Source of the DNA: Planctomycetota bacterium
GTDB taxonomy: Bacteria > Planctomycetota > Phycisphaerae > Phycisphaerales > Phycisphaeraceae
NCBI GenBank assembly: GCA_039818285.1
Contig: JBCBUE010000028.1
Coordinates: forward strand, 1-40,292
Reading direction: 5' to 3'
Length of the DNA stretch: 40,292 nt
The position numbers and the translations under genes are program-made. Below are positions 18,171-27,696 of this stretch, piece after piece (the stretch's first letter is position 1; each line of letters opens with the position of its first letter). Under the pieces are notes generated by a model. The model worked only from the letters and a program-made list of their open reading frames with translations, was not told the origin of the DNA and did not search any database.

Positions 18171-18197
18171 ACTTGAGTTACACCTCAAGTTTTTTTC
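18171..18197 (+). terminator. AT-rich intrinsic-terminator-like hairpin plus T7 tract in a divergent intergenic region
   Basis: ACTTGAG-ttacac-CTCAAGT (7-bp perfect stem) immediately followed by TTTTTTT. It lies 100 nt upstream of the small ORF at 18299 and 75 nt from the divergent FKBP start. Confidence 0.45.
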
Positions 18198-18298
18198 GCG
18201 CTGCCGTCGATGAATCGCGAGCCTCCGGCGGAGCCCGGGGCCCGGACCGGCAAGGACGCCCGCTGAGTTCCACGATTTCCGTCCTGTCGGAGCCACCG

Positions 18299-18511
18299 AT
18301 GCCCCTGATGACCAAGCAGCAGATGATCGACGCGATCCGCCAACGCAACCGTTCGGCGTCGGTCGAGTACCTCACGAGCTTCGACGAAGACGACCTGCAG
18401 GTCTATCTCACGCGGCTGACCGACCTGATCGGTCGGCGTGGCCGATCGTCGGTCTGGACGCGCGACACCACCGAGCCCTGCTTCGTGCACCGGGCACGGC
18501 TGGCGGCCTGA
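18299..18511 (+). CDS. small hypothetical protein (70 aa)
   Basis: ATG at 18299 (MPLMTKQQMIDAIRQRN...). This is the only plausible coding tail of the long spurious + ORF, and it is followed by a hairpin plus T-rich tract. Confidence 0.4.
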   Translation: MPLMTKQQMIDAIRQRNRSASVEYLTSFDEDDLQVYLTRLTDLIGRRGRSSVWTRDTTEPCFVHRARLAA

Positions 18512-18561
18512 GTCGCGGGTGACGCGACGGGGCGGAGGCGAGAGAGCCGAACCCATGTGAC

Positions 18562-18598
18562 AAGCCCACGGACATCGGTCCGCGGGCTTTGTCGTCTT
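18562..18598 (+). terminator. candidate intrinsic terminator for the small + ORF
   Basis: AAGCCCACGG/CCGCGGGCTT stem (one mismatch), 8-nt loop, then TGTCGTCTT. Confidence 0.35.
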
Positions 18599-18621
18599 GG
18601 AGGTTGGGGTCGGGGCGTTGG

Positions 18622-19329
18622 TCAGCGGCGACGCATCAGGGCGAGCAGCCCGCCGCCGAGCAGGGCGAGCGACGCCGGCTCGGGGATGGCGTTGACGAAC
18701 TTGACCTGGAACGACGGCCGCGAGCCGGAGAGCGCGGGGTTGGTGGCGGACCAGGCGAAGGTGAGGTTGCCGGTGAGCGTGAAGTCGTCGCCGAGCACGA
18801 AGGCGTCTTCGACGAAGAGGTACTTGGCGCCGGCTTCGTCGAAGGTGGAGGTCAGCGAGGACGGCGAGAGCGGGGTGCCGTCGATGGCGAGGGTGTCGAG
18901 CGAGGCGGAGTTGCCGTTGCCCGCGCCGCTGCCGGCGTTGAACCCGATGCGCAGGGCGATGTCGTTAACGGTCAGGGGCGCGTCGAGGGTGTAGTCGATG
19001 GTGGTGCTGCCGACGGTGAAGGTCAGCTCCATCGCGGAGTCGTCGTAGAAGACCGTGAAGGCCTCGGAGACGCCGTTGCCCCAGACGTTGTTGGCCTGGG
19101 TGAACTCGCCGGTCTGCTGGGTATCGGCGCCGACGCCGAGCTCCCAGTCGCCGTTGGCGGTGTTGCTGCCGTAGCGTGCCTCGGCGACGGCCTGTTCGCT
19201 GTCGTCGAAGAAGAAGTCGAAGCGGTTGCTGTCGCCCTCGAAGAAGTCGGCGTCGATGGCGGCGAGGCTCGGGCCGGTGGCGATCACGGCGGCGGCGATC
19301 ACGCCCGTGCGGACCCTGGAGAACATCAT
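18622..19329 (-). CDS. PEP-CTERM sorting-domain secreted protein
   Basis: Start at the tandem ATGs 19329/19326 (MMFSRVRTGVIAAAVIATGPSLAA signal peptide) with GAGGGA upstream. The C-terminus is ...AIPEPASLALLGGGLLALMRRR, i.e. PEP motif, TM helix and basic tail. Confidence 0.8.
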   Translation of the reverse strand: MMFSRVRTGVIAAAVIATGPSLAAIDADFFEGDSNRFDFFFDDSEQAVAEARYGSNTANGDWELGVGADTQQTGEFTQANNVWGNGVSEAFTVFYDDSAMELTFTVGSTTIDYTLDAPLTVNDIALRIGFNAGSGAGNGNSASLDTLAIDGTPLSPSSLTSTFDEAGAKYLFVEDAFVLGDDFTLTGNLTFAWSATNPALSGSRPSFQVKFVNAIPEPASLALLGGGLLALMRRR

Positions 19330-19534
19330 TTTTTCGTCCCTCTTAAGAAAATTGGCTGAACAGTCGGCCGCAGCAACACTAACGCTGCGGTCGTGTTCTA
19401 CGCGGAAGTTTAGCCCTTGGTTGGGGAGACGCAAGGAAACTCATGAAATGCTTGCGAAACGCTCGTCATCTTGTTTTCCCTTGCTTACCTCTTGGTTTCC
19501 TCATCTACGGGAGACGTCGTGGCGAGATCGGCAC

Positions 19535-19562
19535 GAAAAAAAACCCACGGCGCGGGCCGTGG
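19535..19562 (-). terminator. Rho-independent terminator of gap
   Basis: CCCACGGC-gcgg-GCCGTGGG perfect 8-bp stem. On the minus strand it is followed by 8 U (plus-strand A-run 19535-19542). It sits 31 nt after the gap stop. Confidence 0.7.
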
Positions 19563-19592
19563 GCTTGGAGGGAGTCGGTGAGGGGTAGGGTT

Positions 19593-20714
<1,122 letters not shown>

Positions 20715-20802
20715 CGACCGACGGGCCTCACACGTTAGGCATGGGCGTGGGGGTGTCAAATCGGCCAGGCGCATCGCCGGCCGGGCGCGGATAGCCCGGC
20801 TG

Positions 20803-21777
20803 TTACAGCGCGGCGGTGGCCTGTCGTGCGAGGTGGAAGCGTTGCCGGTGCAGGGCCGAGCCCGCCCATCGGTGCAGCGCGGGTCGCAGTCGGGTTTCGA
20901 TGAGGTCGATCCAGGCTTTGGTCAGGCGGGCCGGGTTGGTTTCACAGGCGCGAGCCAGGCCGTGGTCGATCATGCGGCGGCGGAGATCAGGGTCCTGCCG
21001 GAGTCGGCGCACGGCGTGGCGGGCGGCGTCGAGGGAGTCGGCCTCGAGGTAGTCGAGGTCGCTTCGGCGTTGGGCGCGATAGGCGGACTCGACGCCCAGA
21101 ATGGCGGGGACGCCGGCGTGCCAGGCGTTGTAGAGCTTGCTGGCGGGCTTATTGGTGAATCCGGTGTGGGCGAAGCTGCGGACCGACAGGACGCCGTCGA
21201 TGTCGCGGTAGTCGTTCCAGGCGTTGGGCTGGTGGACGATGCGCCACGCGATGCCGAGCTCGTTCATCGTCTTGGTCCAGCCGGGGTCGCGCAGCTCGGG
21301 GGCGAGGTTTTTCTCGGCGCCGACGAAGGCGAGGGTGTCGAAGCGGTCGCCGCGTTGGGGCCGGCGAGGGAGCAGGCCGGGCTGAGGCCAGTGGGGCATC
21401 GCGTAGCGGGTGTCGCCGAGCAGGAGTCGCTTGATGGCGGCCGGCGCGGGTTGCCCGAGACCGGCGGGGTTCTGCACGATGTGGACCTGCGCGAAAGGGT
21501 GGCGGCGGCGGTCGGCGTAGAAGCAAACGAGCAGTTGGCCAGGCCCGGGGCGGAGCCGGTCCGGGAGCGAGTCACGGTGGGCCAAGACGACGCCGCGATC
21601 GGGGAGGTGGTCGACGAGCCGGCAGTCGAAGCCGTGGTGGGCGAGGTTGAGATAGGTTTGGAGGGTCCAGATGTGGACGCCTCGCTGGAAGGCACGCCAG
21701 CCGACGCCGGTCGATTCGGGGAGTTCGCCCGGCGTGTCTTCGGGCGGGAGGTAGAAGTAGACGGGAGGTTGTGACAA
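20803..21777 (-). CDS. hypothetical protein, possibly glycosyltransferase-like (GT-B-like C-terminal half)
   Basis: 324-aa ORF with coherent coding composition. A weak GT-like pattern (FVGAEKNL..., NAWHAGVPAILG) is present. The family assignment is not secure. Confidence 0.55.
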   Translation of the reverse strand: MSQPPVYFYLPPEDTPGELPESTGVGWRAFQRGVHIWTLQTYLNLAHHGFDCRLVDHLPDRGVVLAHRDSLPDRLRPGPGQLLVCFYADRRRHPFAQVHIVQNPAGLGQPAPAAIKRLLLGDTRYAMPHWPQPGLLPRRPQRGDRFDTLAFVGAEKNLAPELRDPGWTKTMNELGIAWRIVHQPNAWNDYRDIDGVLSVRSFAHTGFTNKPASKLYNAWHAGVPAILGVESAYRAQRRSDLDYLEADSLDAARHAVRRLRQDPDLRRRMIDHGLARACETNPARLTKAWIDLIETRLRPALHRWAGSALHRQRFHLARQATAAL

Positions 21778-21854
21778 AGCGGCCGTGAGTTGCGGGGACG
21801 CTTGATCGTAAGCGTGGTGCGCCGGCGTGTGGGGGCGGGAGGGATTAGCCTTCG

Positions 21855-23252
21855 GTGATGGCGAGTCTGCTGGACGGCGTGGACGGGGCGGGCGAGGCGA
21901 CGCCGATCGGCGTGGCGGCGCTGACCGAGCGGATCCGGGGCGTTTTGAGCGCGGGGTTTGCCGGGCGGGTCGTGGTGGCGGGGGAGGTCAGCGGGTTTCG
22001 GGAGCGGAATCACTGGTACTTCGCGCTGAAGGAGCAGGACGCGGTGGTGAGTTGCGTGTGCTGGTCGCGCGACGTTCGGCGACTGTCGGCGGGGGTGACG
22101 AAGGGGTTCGTGGACGGGGCGGCGGTGGTGGTGATGGGGCGTGTGGACTACTACCCGCCGCAGGGGCGTTTGCAGCTCTACGTGGAGAAGGTCGAGCTGG
22201 CGGGGCGGGGGGCGCTGGAGGAGCAACTCGATCGGCTGAAGGCTGAGCTGTCGGCGGCGGGGTACTTTTTGGTCGAGCGGAAGCGGGGGTTGCCGTTGGT
22301 GCCGACGAAGGTGGCGGTGGTGACGAGCCGGTCGGGGGCGGCGCTTCGGGACGTGGAGCAGACGGCGCGGCAGCGGTGGGCGGGGTGCGAGCTGGTCTTG
22401 GTGGACGTGCGGGTGCAGGGGGCGTCGGCGGCGGGGGAGGTGGCGTCGGCGGTGGATTGGTTGAGCGAGCACGGGACGGGGCGCGGGGTGGAGGTGGTGA
22501 TGATCGTGCGTGGGGGTGGGTCGCTGGAAGACTTGTGGGCGTTCAACGAGCGGGTCGTGGCGGACGCGATCTATCGGTGTCGGCTGCCGGTGGTGACGGG
22601 GGTGGGGCACGAGCCGGACGTGACGGTGGCGCAGCTGGTGGCGGACGTGGGGTCGGCGACGCCGACGCAGGCGGCGATGGCGGTGGTGCCCGAGCGCGGG
22701 GCGTTGGACGAGCAGGTCGATCAGTGGTCGCGTCGGCTTCGGCTCGGGCTTCGGCGTGGGGCGGAACGCGCGGAGGCTCGGCTGGAGCGATTGACGACGC
22801 GCGGGGTGTTGGCCGAGCCTGGGGTGATGGCGGCTTCGCGGCGCGAGCGTTTGGCGCGGGCGGCCGCGGGGCTTGGGCGGGGGCTGAGCGGCGTGGTGCG
22901 TGCTCGGGGTGAGGCGCCCCAGGGGTTGGGGCGTCGGTTGGGGGGGGCGATGAAGCGCCGGCTGGCGTCGGAGCGGGCTCGGGTGGCGGCGTTGTCGCAG
23001 CGGTTAGAGGCGGTGGGGCCGATGGCCGTGCTGCGTCGGGGGTACACGCTGACGCGCGGGGCGGACGGGGCGCTGGTGCGGTCGTCGGGGGGCGTGCGGG
23101 ACGGTCAGCGGGTGACGACGGTGACGGGGGACGGGTCGTTCGAGAGCGTGGTCGGTGACGGCGGGGCGGGGGACCCACCGGTGAAGCGGCGAAAGCCGCG
23201 CGGCGGGCGCGGGGCGAGCGGGGCGTCGGGCGCGGGCGGGCTGTTTGGGTGA
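21855..23252 (+). CDS. xseA: exodeoxyribonuclease VII large subunit
   Basis: N-terminal OB fold (VVVAGEVSGFRERNHWYFALKEQDAVVSCVCW) and catalytic core (VTGVGHEPDVTVAQLVAD), with a Gly/Arg-rich C-terminal tail. Confidence 0.9.
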   Translation: MMASLLDGVDGAGEATPIGVAALTERIRGVLSAGFAGRVVVAGEVSGFRERNHWYFALKEQDAVVSCVCWSRDVRRLSAGVTKGFVDGAAVVVMGRVDYYPPQGRLQLYVEKVELAGRGALEEQLDRLKAELSAAGYFLVERKRGLPLVPTKVAVVTSRSGAALRDVEQTARQRWAGCELVLVDVRVQGASAAGEVASAVDWLSEHGTGRGVEVVMIVRGGGSLEDLWAFNERVVADAIYRCRLPVVTGVGHEPDVTVAQLVADVGSATPTQAAMAVVPERGALDEQVDQWSRRLRLGLRRGAERAEARLERLTTRGVLAEPGVMAASRRERLARAAAGLGRGLSGVVRARGEAPQGLGRRLGGAMKRRLASERARVAALSQRLEAVGPMAVLRRGYTLTRGADGALVRSSGGVRDGQRVTTVTGDGSFESVVGDGGAGDPPVKRRKPRGGRGASGASGAGGLFG

Positions 23253-23277
23253 CGGCGTTGGGCTACATTGACGGCTC

Positions 23278-23571
23278 ATGTCGCAGCGGGCCGAAGACGG
23301 ATCGAGCGAAGACGCGGTGAGTTTTGAGGAAGCGATCGCGCGGGTGGAGGCGATCGTGGAGCGGATCGAGTCGGGGGAGGCGGGGTTGGAGGAGTCGATT
23401 GCGGCGTACGAGCAGGGGGCGGCGCTAGTGAAGCGTTGCCGGGCGGTGCTGGACCGGGCCGAGCGACGGATCGAGGAGCTGACGATTGAGGAGGTGTCGG
23501 GCGAGGCGGCGGAGGACGCGGGGTCGATCGAGGGGCGTGGCGTGTCGGGCGATGAGGATGCGCCGTTTTGA
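23278..23571 (+). CDS. xseB: exodeoxyribonuclease VII small subunit
   Basis: 97 aa with the SFEEAIARVEAIVERIESGEAGLEESIAAYEQGAALVKRC pattern. It lies directly after xseA. Confidence 0.9.
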   Translation: MSQRAEDGSSEDAVSFEEAIARVEAIVERIESGEAGLEESIAAYEQGAALVKRCRAVLDRAERRIEELTIEEVSGEAAEDAGSIEGRGVSGDEDAPF

Positions 23572-25115
23572 TCGGGCTGTGGGTCTGGTTGCTGCTGGCG
23601 TTCGCGTACGGGGCGTGCGTGGGGAGTTTCTTGAACGTGGTGATCCTGCGGATGCCCGAGGGCGTGAGCCTGATCCATCCGCCCAGCCACGATCCGGCGA
23701 CGGGTCGGAAGCTGTCGTGGTGGGAGAACATCCCGATCCTGAGTTACCTGATGCTGGGCGCTCGGAGCCGTCACTCGGGTGGGTGGATCAGCCCGCAGTA
23801 CCCGGTGGTGGAGTTCTTGACGGGGGTGATGTTCGTGTGGCTGGCGTGGGTGTACTACGGGACGGGGCTTCGGCCGTCGTTCTCGCACCCGGGTCTGGAG
23901 GCGACGTGGCCGGTGCTGCTGGTGCACCTGGCGTTGATCGGGTCGTTGATCGCCGCGACGGTGATCGACGCGCGGCTGTACATCATCCCGCTGCCGATCA
24001 CGTGGTTCGTGGGGGTGGTGGCGTTGGTGGTGCTGCCGGTGGCGACGGCGCTGGGGTATCCGCCGGGGCCGACGACGATCGCGTTTCCGTCTCGGACGGT
24101 GAACAACGCGGTGGACCTGCGATCGGTGTTTGCGTCGCCGATGATCAGCGACGTTGGGATGTACATCGCGATCGGGGGGTTGATCGGTCTGGTGGTGGCG
24201 AACGCGTTGCTGCTGGTGGGGGTGGTGCCGCGTTCGTTTGATGAGAGTCGGCTGGTGGTGGCGTCGCCGGGGGAGGGGGAGGAGGCCGGCGAGGCAGGGG
24301 CACCGGTTGCGGAGGGCGATGCCCCGGTGGCAAAAGTGTGGGGGGCGCTGGCGTGGGGGTCGATCGGTCTGGGCGTGGTGACGGCGGTGCTGCTGGCGTT
24401 GGGGCTGGCTTGGCCGAAGGCGGTGTACCCGGCGGCGCCGCCGGCGGCGGGGTGGAACACGGGGCTGGCGCCAGCGCCCGGGCTGTGGCAGTTCTCGGGC
24501 AACTCGGTGGGCTGGCTGTTGGGGCTGGCGGTGGCGGCGTTGGTGACGGCGTGGGGGGCGATGATCCTGATCGGGCTGCTGGGCGATCGGGCGGACGCGG
24601 CGGAGGTGGAGGCGGAGGTGACGAGCTTCCCGCGTCCGCGGAGGGAGATGCTGCGGGAGTTGCTGTTCGTGGGGTTCCCGATCGTGGGGGGGCTGATGGG
24701 GCTGGCGGTGGCGGTGGGGCAGGGGATGCTCGGGCCGGGCCCGCCGCCCGCGCCGGCGCCCGCCCCGCCGCGGGCGCTGGTGCGGGCCGGGGTCGTGGGC
24801 GGCCCTCTGATCGGCGGGGGCGTGGTGTGGCTGACGCGGATCCTGGGGACGCTGGCGTTCGGTCGGGAGGCGATGGGGCTGGGGGACGTTCACCTGATGG
24901 CGGCGGCGGGAGCGGTGATCGGGTCGATCGACGTGACGGTGGCGTTCTTTCTCGCGCCTTTCTTCGGGCTGGCGGGGGCAGCGGTGATGTACGGGGCGTC
25001 GGCGATCGCCAAGGGCCGGGTCCGCGTGATCCCGTACGGGCCGTACCTGGCGGCGGCGGTGGTGGTGATGATGGCGGCCCGCGTCCCGATCCTCCGTTTC
25101 CTTGGTATTCTCTGA
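23568..25115 (+). CDS. prepilin peptidase (A24/GxGD aspartyl protease), unusually long with low-complexity inserts
   Basis: N-terminal GSFLNVVILRMP motif, first catalytic Asp in ATVIDARLYIIP and second in GLGDVHLMAAAG. 515 aa because of Ala/Pro/Gly-rich insertions. The TTG start overlaps the xseB stop (TTGA). Confidence 0.8.
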   Translation: MIGLWVWLLLAFAYGACVGSFLNVVILRMPEGVSLIHPPSHDPATGRKLSWWENIPILSYLMLGARSRHSGGWISPQYPVVEFLTGVMFVWLAWVYYGTGLRPSFSHPGLEATWPVLLVHLALIGSLIAATVIDARLYIIPLPITWFVGVVALVVLPVATALGYPPGPTTIAFPSRTVNNAVDLRSVFASPMISDVGMYIAIGGLIGLVVANALLLVGVVPRSFDESRLVVASPGEGEEAGEAGAPVAEGDAPVAKVWGALAWGSIGLGVVTAVLLALGLAWPKAVYPAAPPAAGWNTGLAPAPGLWQFSGNSVGWLLGLAVAALVTAWGAMILIGLLGDRADAAEVEAEVTSFPRPRREMLRELLFVGFPIVGGLMGLAVAVGQGMLGPGPPPAPAPAPPRALVRAGVVGGPLIGGGVVWLTRILGTLAFGREAMGLGDVHLMAAAGAVIGSIDVTVAFFLAPFFGLAGAAVMYGASAIAKGRVRVIPYGPYLAAAVVVMMAARVPILRFLGIL

Positions 25116-25161
25116 CCGTCCCGTCCGACGGCCCGGCCGTCCGAGCAAGGAAGCCAAACCC

Positions 25162-25821
25162 ATGACCTCGACTCTTTCGCGTTTCGTGCCATTGGTGCTT
25201 GCGCTGGCGGCGATGCCGCTGCTGGTGGGCTGCAACGACGATCTCAAGCTGAAGAACGCGGCGCTGGTCGACGAGAACGTCGAGCTGCGTGACGAGCTGG
25301 ACCGCACGCGGGCGGCGCTGGACTCGGCCGAGTCCGAGCGGTCTGAGCTGCTGGCGCGGGTGAATCAGCTCGAGCTGACCTCGTCGTCGGTCGCTCCCCT
25401 CGAGCCCGGGCCGGCGTCGGCGAACACCGGTTTTGAGTCGATCGCGGGCATCGAGACGTACTCGACGGGCGGGACGGTCAACGTCCGCATCCCCGGCGAC
25501 GTGTTGTTCGCGCCGGGCAAGGTCGACCTGCGCGGCTCGTCGACGCAGACGCTCAGCGAGGTCGCCGGCGTGCTCAACAGCCAGTACCCCGATGCCGTGG
25601 TTCGCGTCGAGGGTTACACCGACACCGACCCGATCCGCAAGAGCAAGTGGGCCGACAACCTCGAGCTGAGCCTGCAGCGGTCGGCCGCGGTGCATCGGTA
25701 CCTGGCCAAGCAGGGCGTGAGCCCGGAGCGGATGTACGCCGCGGGTTTCGGCGAGACGCGGCCGCAGGGCAGCAAGGCGCAGAGCCGGCGGGTCGAGATC
25801 GTCGTGGTGCTGAACGAGTGA
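25162..25821 (+). CDS. OmpA-family (OmpA/MotB C-terminal domain) lipoprotein
   Basis: ATG at 25162 with an AAGGAAG SD. It has a signal peptide with lipobox (LLVGC), a coiled-coil segment, then an OmpA_C-like domain (TDTDPIRKSKWADNLELSLQRSAAVHRYL). Confidence 0.85.
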   Translation: MTSTLSRFVPLVLALAAMPLLVGCNDDLKLKNAALVDENVELRDELDRTRAALDSAESERSELLARVNQLELTSSSVAPLEPGPASANTGFESIAGIETYSTGGTVNVRIPGDVLFAPGKVDLRGSSTQTLSEVAGVLNSQYPDAVVRVEGYTDTDPIRKSKWADNLELSLQRSAAVHRYLAKQGVSPERMYAAGFGETRPQGSKAQSRRVEIVVVLNE

Positions 25822-25825
25822 TCGG

Positions 25826-26506
25826 GTGAGCGCGACGACGATCGGCGTGGTGGACTACGGGATGGGGAACCTGCGATCGGTGCAGAAGGCGATCGAGCGC
25901 GTGGTCGGCGAGGCGGGGCTCGACGTCGTCTGCGAGGTGGTGGGTTCGGCCGAGGGGATCGCGCGGTGCGACGGACTGATCCTGCCGGGCGTCGGGGCGT
26001 TCGGCGACGGGATGCGTCAGCTGGCCGAGCGGGGTTTGGAGGCGGCGGTGCACGGCGTGGCGGCGAGCGGCCGGCCGATGCTGGGCGTGTGCCTGGGGAT
26101 GCAACTGCTGTTTACGACGTCGACGGAGGGGCCGGGCGGGTCGGCCGAGACGGTCGACGGGCTGGGGCTGATCGACGGGCGGGTCGTCGAGATCGAGCCG
26201 GTGCGTGGCGGCCAGCCCGTCAAGGTGCCGCAGATGGGGTGGAACGCGTTGGACTTCTCGGGCGATGATCCGCTGCTGAGCGGTCTGTCGTCGGGGTGCT
26301 GGGTGTACTTCGTGCACGGGTATCACGCGGTGGTGGAGGCCGCGGACGACGTGCTGGCGACGACGGATTACGGCGGGCCGATCGTGGCGGTGGTGCGACG
26401 CGGGAAAGTGTGGGGCACGCAGTTCCACCCGGAGAAGTCGCAGGCGGTGGGGCTGGCGATGCTCGGCAACTTCGCGGCGCTGGTCGCCGGCGGGGTGCCG
26501 GCGTGA
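25826..26506 (+). CDS. hisH: imidazole glycerol phosphate synthase glutamine amidotransferase subunit HisH
   Basis: GTG start 4 nt after the OmpA stop. Class-I GATase with VCLGMQLL (catalytic Cys) and FHPEKS (His/Glu) motifs; 226 aa. Confidence 0.9.
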   Translation: MSATTIGVVDYGMGNLRSVQKAIERVVGEAGLDVVCEVVGSAEGIARCDGLILPGVGAFGDGMRQLAERGLEAAVHGVAASGRPMLGVCLGMQLLFTTSTEGPGGSAETVDGLGLIDGRVVEIEPVRGGQPVKVPQMGWNALDFSGDDPLLSGLSSGCWVYFVHGYHAVVEAADDVLATTDYGGPIVAVVRRGKVWGTQFHPEKSQAVGLAMLGNFAALVAGGVPA

Positions 26507-27669
26507 CCGACCCGCCGGTCAGCCGCGACGGGTACGGGCTGACCGACGTCCAGTCGTTTCGCGGCGTCCTCCCGCAGCTGGCGGACCCCCACGGCTACAC
26601 GCCCTGCGCCGTCGACTACGTGACCGACGCGCACTTCCGGGCGTATTGGCTGGATCTGTTCGCCGAGCACATGCCCACGATGGGCGATCACGCGGTGGAA
26701 GAGGTCGAGGACACGGGCGGCGACGTCGTCGATGCGCGGCGTCGGGCGGACGCGGCGGTTGATGGTTTCCTCGCCTGGCTGGACCGCTGCCGGGGCGACA
26801 TCGCGGCGGTCGCGGCCGAGGCCGGGCAGGGCGGTCGGCTGACGATGCTGGACGTCTGCTGGGAGCGGGAGCGTCGGCTGCGGGCGGCGGGGTTCGACGA
26901 TCCGTACCGGCTGGCGAAGTACCGGGAGAACGAGTCGGCGTTGAAGGTGCTGCCGGGGCTGCTGGCCCGGCTGGACGCGATGCCGGCGGCGGATCGGCTG
27001 GCGGCGATCACACGCGGCGTCTTCGCGGGCAACATCTTCGACCTGGGGGCGACGCAGACGCAGGCGATGTTCCGCGAGAAGCGGGTCGACTTTATGGACA
27101 CGCTCAAGCGGCTCAAGCCTCGGCCGTGGCTGGTGGACGACGCGGACGCGTGGCTGGCGGCGTTCGAGACCGGCTGGGGGTGCCCGCTGGTGTTCGTGGA
27201 CAACGCCGGGCCGGACATCGTGCTGGGGATGCTGCCGCTGGTGCGGGAGCTGCTGCGGCGGTGCGAGGCGGTGATCGTGGCGGCGAACACCTTCCCGTCG
27301 CTGAACGACGTGACGATCGACGACCTGGCGACGCTGGTGGACCACGCGGCGGCGGCGGACGGCGAGCTGGCTGAGGCGCGGGCGGCGGGTCGGCTGGTGC
27401 TGGTGGGCAGCGGGAACGGGGCGCCGCTGATCGACCTGACGCGGTTGAGCCCGGAACTGGAGGCCCTGGCGGGTTCGGGCGTCGGCGGGCGGGCGGTCGA
27501 TCTGGTGATCCTGGAGGGGATGGGCCGGGCGGTGGAGAGCAACTACCACGCGGAGTTCACGGTGGACGTGCTGAAGACGTGCATGGTGAAAGACCCGGGG
27601 ATCGCCGAGGAGCTGGGGGGCGAGTTGTTCGACCTGGTCCTGAGATTTGTGCCGGCGTGCGGGCAATAA
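26503..27669 (+). CDS. DUF89 (ARMT1-like damage-control phosphatase / protein-glutamate O-methyltransferase family) protein
   Basis: The GTG start overlaps the hisH stop (GTGA). It has the conserved metal-binding block VFVDNAGPDIVLGMLPLVRELL characteristic of DUF89, and is ~388 aa. Confidence 0.75.
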   Translation: MTDPPVSRDGYGLTDVQSFRGVLPQLADPHGYTPCAVDYVTDAHFRAYWLDLFAEHMPTMGDHAVEEVEDTGGDVVDARRRADAAVDGFLAWLDRCRGDIAAVAAEAGQGGRLTMLDVCWERERRLRAAGFDDPYRLAKYRENESALKVLPGLLARLDAMPAADRLAAITRGVFAGNIFDLGATQTQAMFREKRVDFMDTLKRLKPRPWLVDDADAWLAAFETGWGCPLVFVDNAGPDIVLGMLPLVRELLRRCEAVIVAANTFPSLNDVTIDDLATLVDHAAAADGELAEARAAGRLVLVGSGNGAPLIDLTRLSPELEALAGSGVGGRAVDLVILEGMGRAVESNYHAEFTVDVLKTCMVKDPGIAEELGGELFDLVLRFVPACGQ

Positions 27670-27696
27670 TCCGGGGTGAGACGCGTTTCCACGGGC

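Noticed and set aside
20775-20795. GCCGGGC-gcggata-GCCCGGC hairpin just past the stop of the glycosyltransferase-like gene
   Set aside because: It is a perfect 7-bp stem, but there is no U-tract on the relevant strand, so I did not call it a terminator.
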